From the NCBI GenBank assembly GCA_044229975.1, contig JBGARZ010000028.1, forward strand, positions 1-64,000: a stretch of 64,000 nt of DNA. Direction: 5' to 3'. This DNA is from Polyangiales bacterium. GTDB taxonomy: Bacteria > Myxococcota_A > Polyangia > Polyangiales > Ga0077539. Shown piece after piece: positions 61,229 through 64,000 of this stretch. Position 1 is the stretch's first letter; the number at the start of each line of letters is the position of its first letter. The notes beneath the pieces are model-generated. The model did not search any database and was not told where the DNA came from. It saw nothing but the letters and a program-made list of their open reading frames with translations. A program made the translations under genes and the position numbers.

Positions 61229-62751
61229 CACTCGGGGCATTTTTCAGTCCCTTCGGCGACAGCGTCGGGAGTGAGTCTGGGTTTGAGGACAGCATCCGTC
61301 TGCGGGATACGTTGAGCTTCATGACAAGCGAGGCGAGCCGCAATGCCCCACTGATTCTGTGGGTCTCGCGCTCCGCCCGTCTCTTGATGCCTATCGACTT
61401 CACGATTCCGAGCGATGTGACCATGGCGTTCGCCCCCGGCGCCGTGCTCACCGTTGGCGAGGGTGCCACGCTCGACATCGCGGGGCGCCTCGACATCGGT
61501 CCGGGCCGTCACTTTCAACGTAACGGAGGGCGGATCGTCCTGCGCGGACCCCTCGATGAGATCGACGCCTCATGGTGGGCGGACGAGCGTTCGAGGGGCA
61601 CGTCAGTTGTCGAGGCGCTTGACGTCCTGTGGGACCGCTATGAGCGCAGCTTGCCCCAGGCGCCGATCGTTCTTACCGGGCCCTACTGGTTGGAAGAGAC
61701 GCTCCGAGTGGTCCCTCCCGAGTCGCTGGTTCCGGCATCCGGTCTTCCCTTCGACGTGGTGATGCGAGGTCGGCACTATGGTCGGAGTAGCCCGACGACC
61801 TTTGGGGTGAGCGCATCCAAGTCGGTCGGTGCCCTCGATGCGCTGGTCGCGGTGGACGGCACGGTGGTGCTCACGCTGGAGAACATCGGTTTCGATCTCG
61901 CTCGTCCGGAGGGCTTCCCGGCGGTGCGTGCAGCGCTGCTGCTCACGGGCGCATACGACCGCAGCCGCATCGAAGCGTGTACCTTCCGGCTGGCTGGAGG
62001 CACGGGCGTTCATGTGACGACGCTCTGGGACGTGTGGCGTCAGGTCACGGGCGAGGTGCCCAACAGCTTCACGGGCCTGGAAATCGCTTTCGCTCTCCCC
62101 GTGCTCGAGGCGAGAGCGACCCGGCAGGCCAGTAGGCTCGTCATCGCGGGCTGCGATTTTGAGGGCGGCGATGGGGCCAGCGTCGGCGTACGAGTCGATC
62201 TCGTGGCTCCGACCATGCTCGACGTCTCGGACTGCCTGTTTCGCGGGGCATACCATCGCGGCATCTCCTTCCCTAGTGCTGACCTGATGGTGACCAACTG
62301 CGCCTTCGACAACACGACCACAGCGACGACGACCGAACCGTTGCCCGCGGTGGACATCTTCCTCGGTTCCCGAGAGCGCCTGCCGGATGGCTTTACCCGG
62401 TTGGCTGGAGCCAACGCTCAGTTCACCGCAACCCACTGTGTCTCTACCAGCCCGATCTTCCTTGTGGCGCAACGGGTGTTCCTCCCGGGCGACTCGGGTG
62501 GCGCAGTGCTTACCAACGTCCTTCACCAACCTCGCCTGAGGGCCAGTGACGCAGAGGCGACCTCTATCCAGTTGATGGGCGCGTACGAGAGTCGCAGCCT
62601 GGTGCTTCAGGGGTGTGAACTGGGTGGATCGGTGCGCTTCGTCAGCGTGTCGGCGATTGGAGTCGTGGTCGAACTCGGAACCCGCTTCGCTATCGGCGTC
62701 GTTCCTTACGTCGGCTTGGCCAATGCCATGGTGGGCCTCGAAGCTCCGTGA
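61225..62751 (+). CDS. Tailspike-like paralog 3
   Basis: FTIPSDVTMAFAPGAVL, IDASWW, GCDF/DCLF/NCAF repeats, DIFLG. ATGA overlap with the upstream gene. Confidence 0.75.
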   Translation: MTLGAFFSPFGDSVGSESGFEDSIRLRDTLSFMTSEASRNAPLILWVSRSARLLMPIDFTIPSDVTMAFAPGAVLTVGEGATLDIAGRLDIGPGRHFQRNGGRIVLRGPLDEIDASWWADERSRGTSVVEALDVLWDRYERSLPQAPIVLTGPYWLEETLRVVPPESLVPASGLPFDVVMRGRHYGRSSPTTFGVSASKSVGALDALVAVDGTVVLTLENIGFDLARPEGFPAVRAALLLTGAYDRSRIEACTFRLAGGTGVHVTTLWDVWRQVTGEVPNSFTGLEIAFALPVLEARATRQASRLVIAGCDFEGGDGASVGVRVDLVAPTMLDVSDCLFRGAYHRGISFPSADLMVTNCAFDNTTTATTTEPLPAVDIFLGSRERLPDGFTRLAGANAQFTATHCVSTSPIFLVAQRVFLPGDSGGAVLTNVLHQPRLRASDAEATSIQLMGAYESRSLVLQGCELGGSVRFVSVSAIGVVVELGTRFAIGVVPYVGLANAMVGLEAP

Positions 62752-62818
62752 CATCGCCCGGCGCCCCTCCGCTTCGCTCCGGGTGAGGGCGCACTGGGTG
62801 GACCTGAGCGGTCGCTTG

Positions 62819-64000
62819 TCAGCCTCGCGAAGCCCGACGCCGTCGCCGCACGCTCGCGACCACCGCCAGCGCCGCGACGCACAGCCCGCCCGGCACGCTT
62901 CCGCGCCCGCTCGTCGGCCCCGCGCTGCACCCGCCTTCGAGCGCGCCCGTCGTCTCGCTGACCTCGTCGCCCACGAGCCCGCCGTCCGTCTTCATCGGCG
63001 TCTCATCCCCCGCATCGGGCTCCTCGACCACCGTGCCCGCGTCGACTTCCTCACCCGCGTCCGCCGTCACCACCGGTACGTCCACCGCCGCCGGCGGAAC
63101 GTCCCTCGTCGGCGTCCCGGCGTCCGCGACCGGCGCCACCGCGCGCGGGCTCACCCGCACCTGGCAGCGCGCGTCGGTCTCCCCGCCAAACCACGTGACG
63201 CTCTCCTGCAACGGCCCGTAGGTCTCCGTCAGCGTCGTCGGGGTCGCCACGTCGGGGATGCCCAGCACGAAGGAGAACCGCCCCACCGCGCCCGGCGCCG
63301 TCGCGCGGTCGACGCCCGACGGGCGGTTGCGCGAGACCCAGTTCTTCTCGTCGAAGAAGGTGCCGTTGTGGTCGCGCGGGCCCGTGGTGCCCAGCCGCGT
63401 CGACGCGATGGCCCACGTCGCCGTCCCCGTGTTGCGGAACTCGAACCATGCCACCGGCCGCTCGCCCGACGTCGCAGTCGTGGGGCAGCTCGCGCCCACG
63501 AAGGTCGCCGCGTAGGCGGGCGTCGTCGGCGTCGGAGGCGCCACGCTGCCGTTGCCGCGGACGAGGTCGAGGTAGTGCGACCAGTTCCACCCGGCGCCGC
63601 CGTTGCCGGGGTCGGTGTGGCCGCCCGCGCCGCCGCAGTTGGTGGCGTTGGTCGCGCACGGCGCCCCGCTCCCGCTCCGCGGAACCTGGTAGTGCCCGAT
63701 GATGTGCGCCCGATCGATGGGGATGCCGTAGCGGTCGCAGATCGCCCTCGTGAGGCGCGCGCTCGCGACGTACATCGCCTCGGTGTACCAGCGGCCCGGG
63801 TCGGCTACGTAGCCCTCGTGCTCGATGCCGATGGAGCGCTGGTTGATGTTCCAGTTGCCGGCGTGCCACGCGGTGTTGGAGTGCGCGACCATCTGCGTGA
63901 TCTCGCCGTCCGACGAGCGGATGTTGTAGTGCGCCGACGCTCCCGCCGCGGGGTTCTGAAACCACGACGTGCTGCCCGAGTAGGAGCCCTGCATCGTGTG
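62819..64000 (-). CDS. N-acetylmuramoyl-L-alanine amidase (Amidase_2) + Ig-like domain + MYXO-CTERM-like anchor; 5' end outside window
   Basis: HT at window edge, ASAHY, AWHAG, SIGIEHEG, IIGH, HTDPG; C-terminal GGCS-TM-RRRRR. Confidence 0.9.
   Translation of the reverse strand, partial: HTMQGSYSGSTSWFQNPAAGASAHYNIRSSDGEITQMVAHSNTAWHAGNWNINQRSIGIEHEGYVADPGRWYTEAMYVASARLTRAICDRYGIPIDRAHIIGHYQVPRSGSGAPCATNATNCGGAGGHTDPGNGGAGWNWSHYLDLVRGNGSVAPPTPTTPAYAATFVGASCPTTATSGERPVAWFEFRNTGTATWAIASTRLGTTGPRDHNGTFFDEKNWVSRNRPSGVDRATAPGAVGRFSFVLGIPDVATPTTLTETYGPLQESVTWFGGETDARCQVRVSPRAVAPVADAGTPTRDVPPAAVDVPVVTADAGEEVDAGTVVEEPDAGDETPMKTDGGLVGDEVSETTGALEGGCSAGPTSGRGSVPGGLCVAALAVVASVRRRRRASRG

Noticed and set aside
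53400..62800. Atypical locus as an intact prophage or integrative element
   Set aside because: No integrase, terminase, portal, capsid, tail or lysis genes; no flanking direct repeats or tRNA seen.

Overview
High-GC bacterial DNA. MYXO-CTERM-type tails, Cys-rich lipoproteins, FHA-sigma54 activators and a Ser/Thr kinase suggest a myxobacterium (Myxococcota); this is inference. From left to right: (1) a REC-EAL and hybrid-kinase pair; (2) a cbb3 oxidase operon (ccoI-S-NO-Q-P-G plus TauE-like) beside a low-oxygen signalling block (protoglobin kinase, CBS protein, sigma54 response regulator, globin-coupled RsbR/S/T stressosome) that also holds two tiny gene remnants; (3) an FHA-activator, Ser/Thr kinase and lipoprotein cluster with sigma54-like promoters; (4) an orphan CzcA-type pump with a two-component system; (5) FGE-domain and Cys-rich lipoproteins, a cNMP-TrxB/UBP-ZnF/DUF427 cluster, a TolB-like protein and an M15 peptidase; (6) aceA/aceB with a divergent RamB/ScfR-like regulator; (7) a 279-bp near-perfect palindrome, then DsbA-like, GT39-like and MFS genes; (8) a visibly less GC-rich ~9.3-kb locus at 53.4-62.75 kb. 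That locus encodes three paralogous ~120-aa beta-rich proteins and three paralogous tailspike-like proteins (one split by a 1-nt frameshift) around an FG-GAP lipoprotein, with no phage core genes. It is the best candidate for an undescribed system. The window ends inside an amidase gene. All family calls come from reading motifs by eye; no database searches were run.
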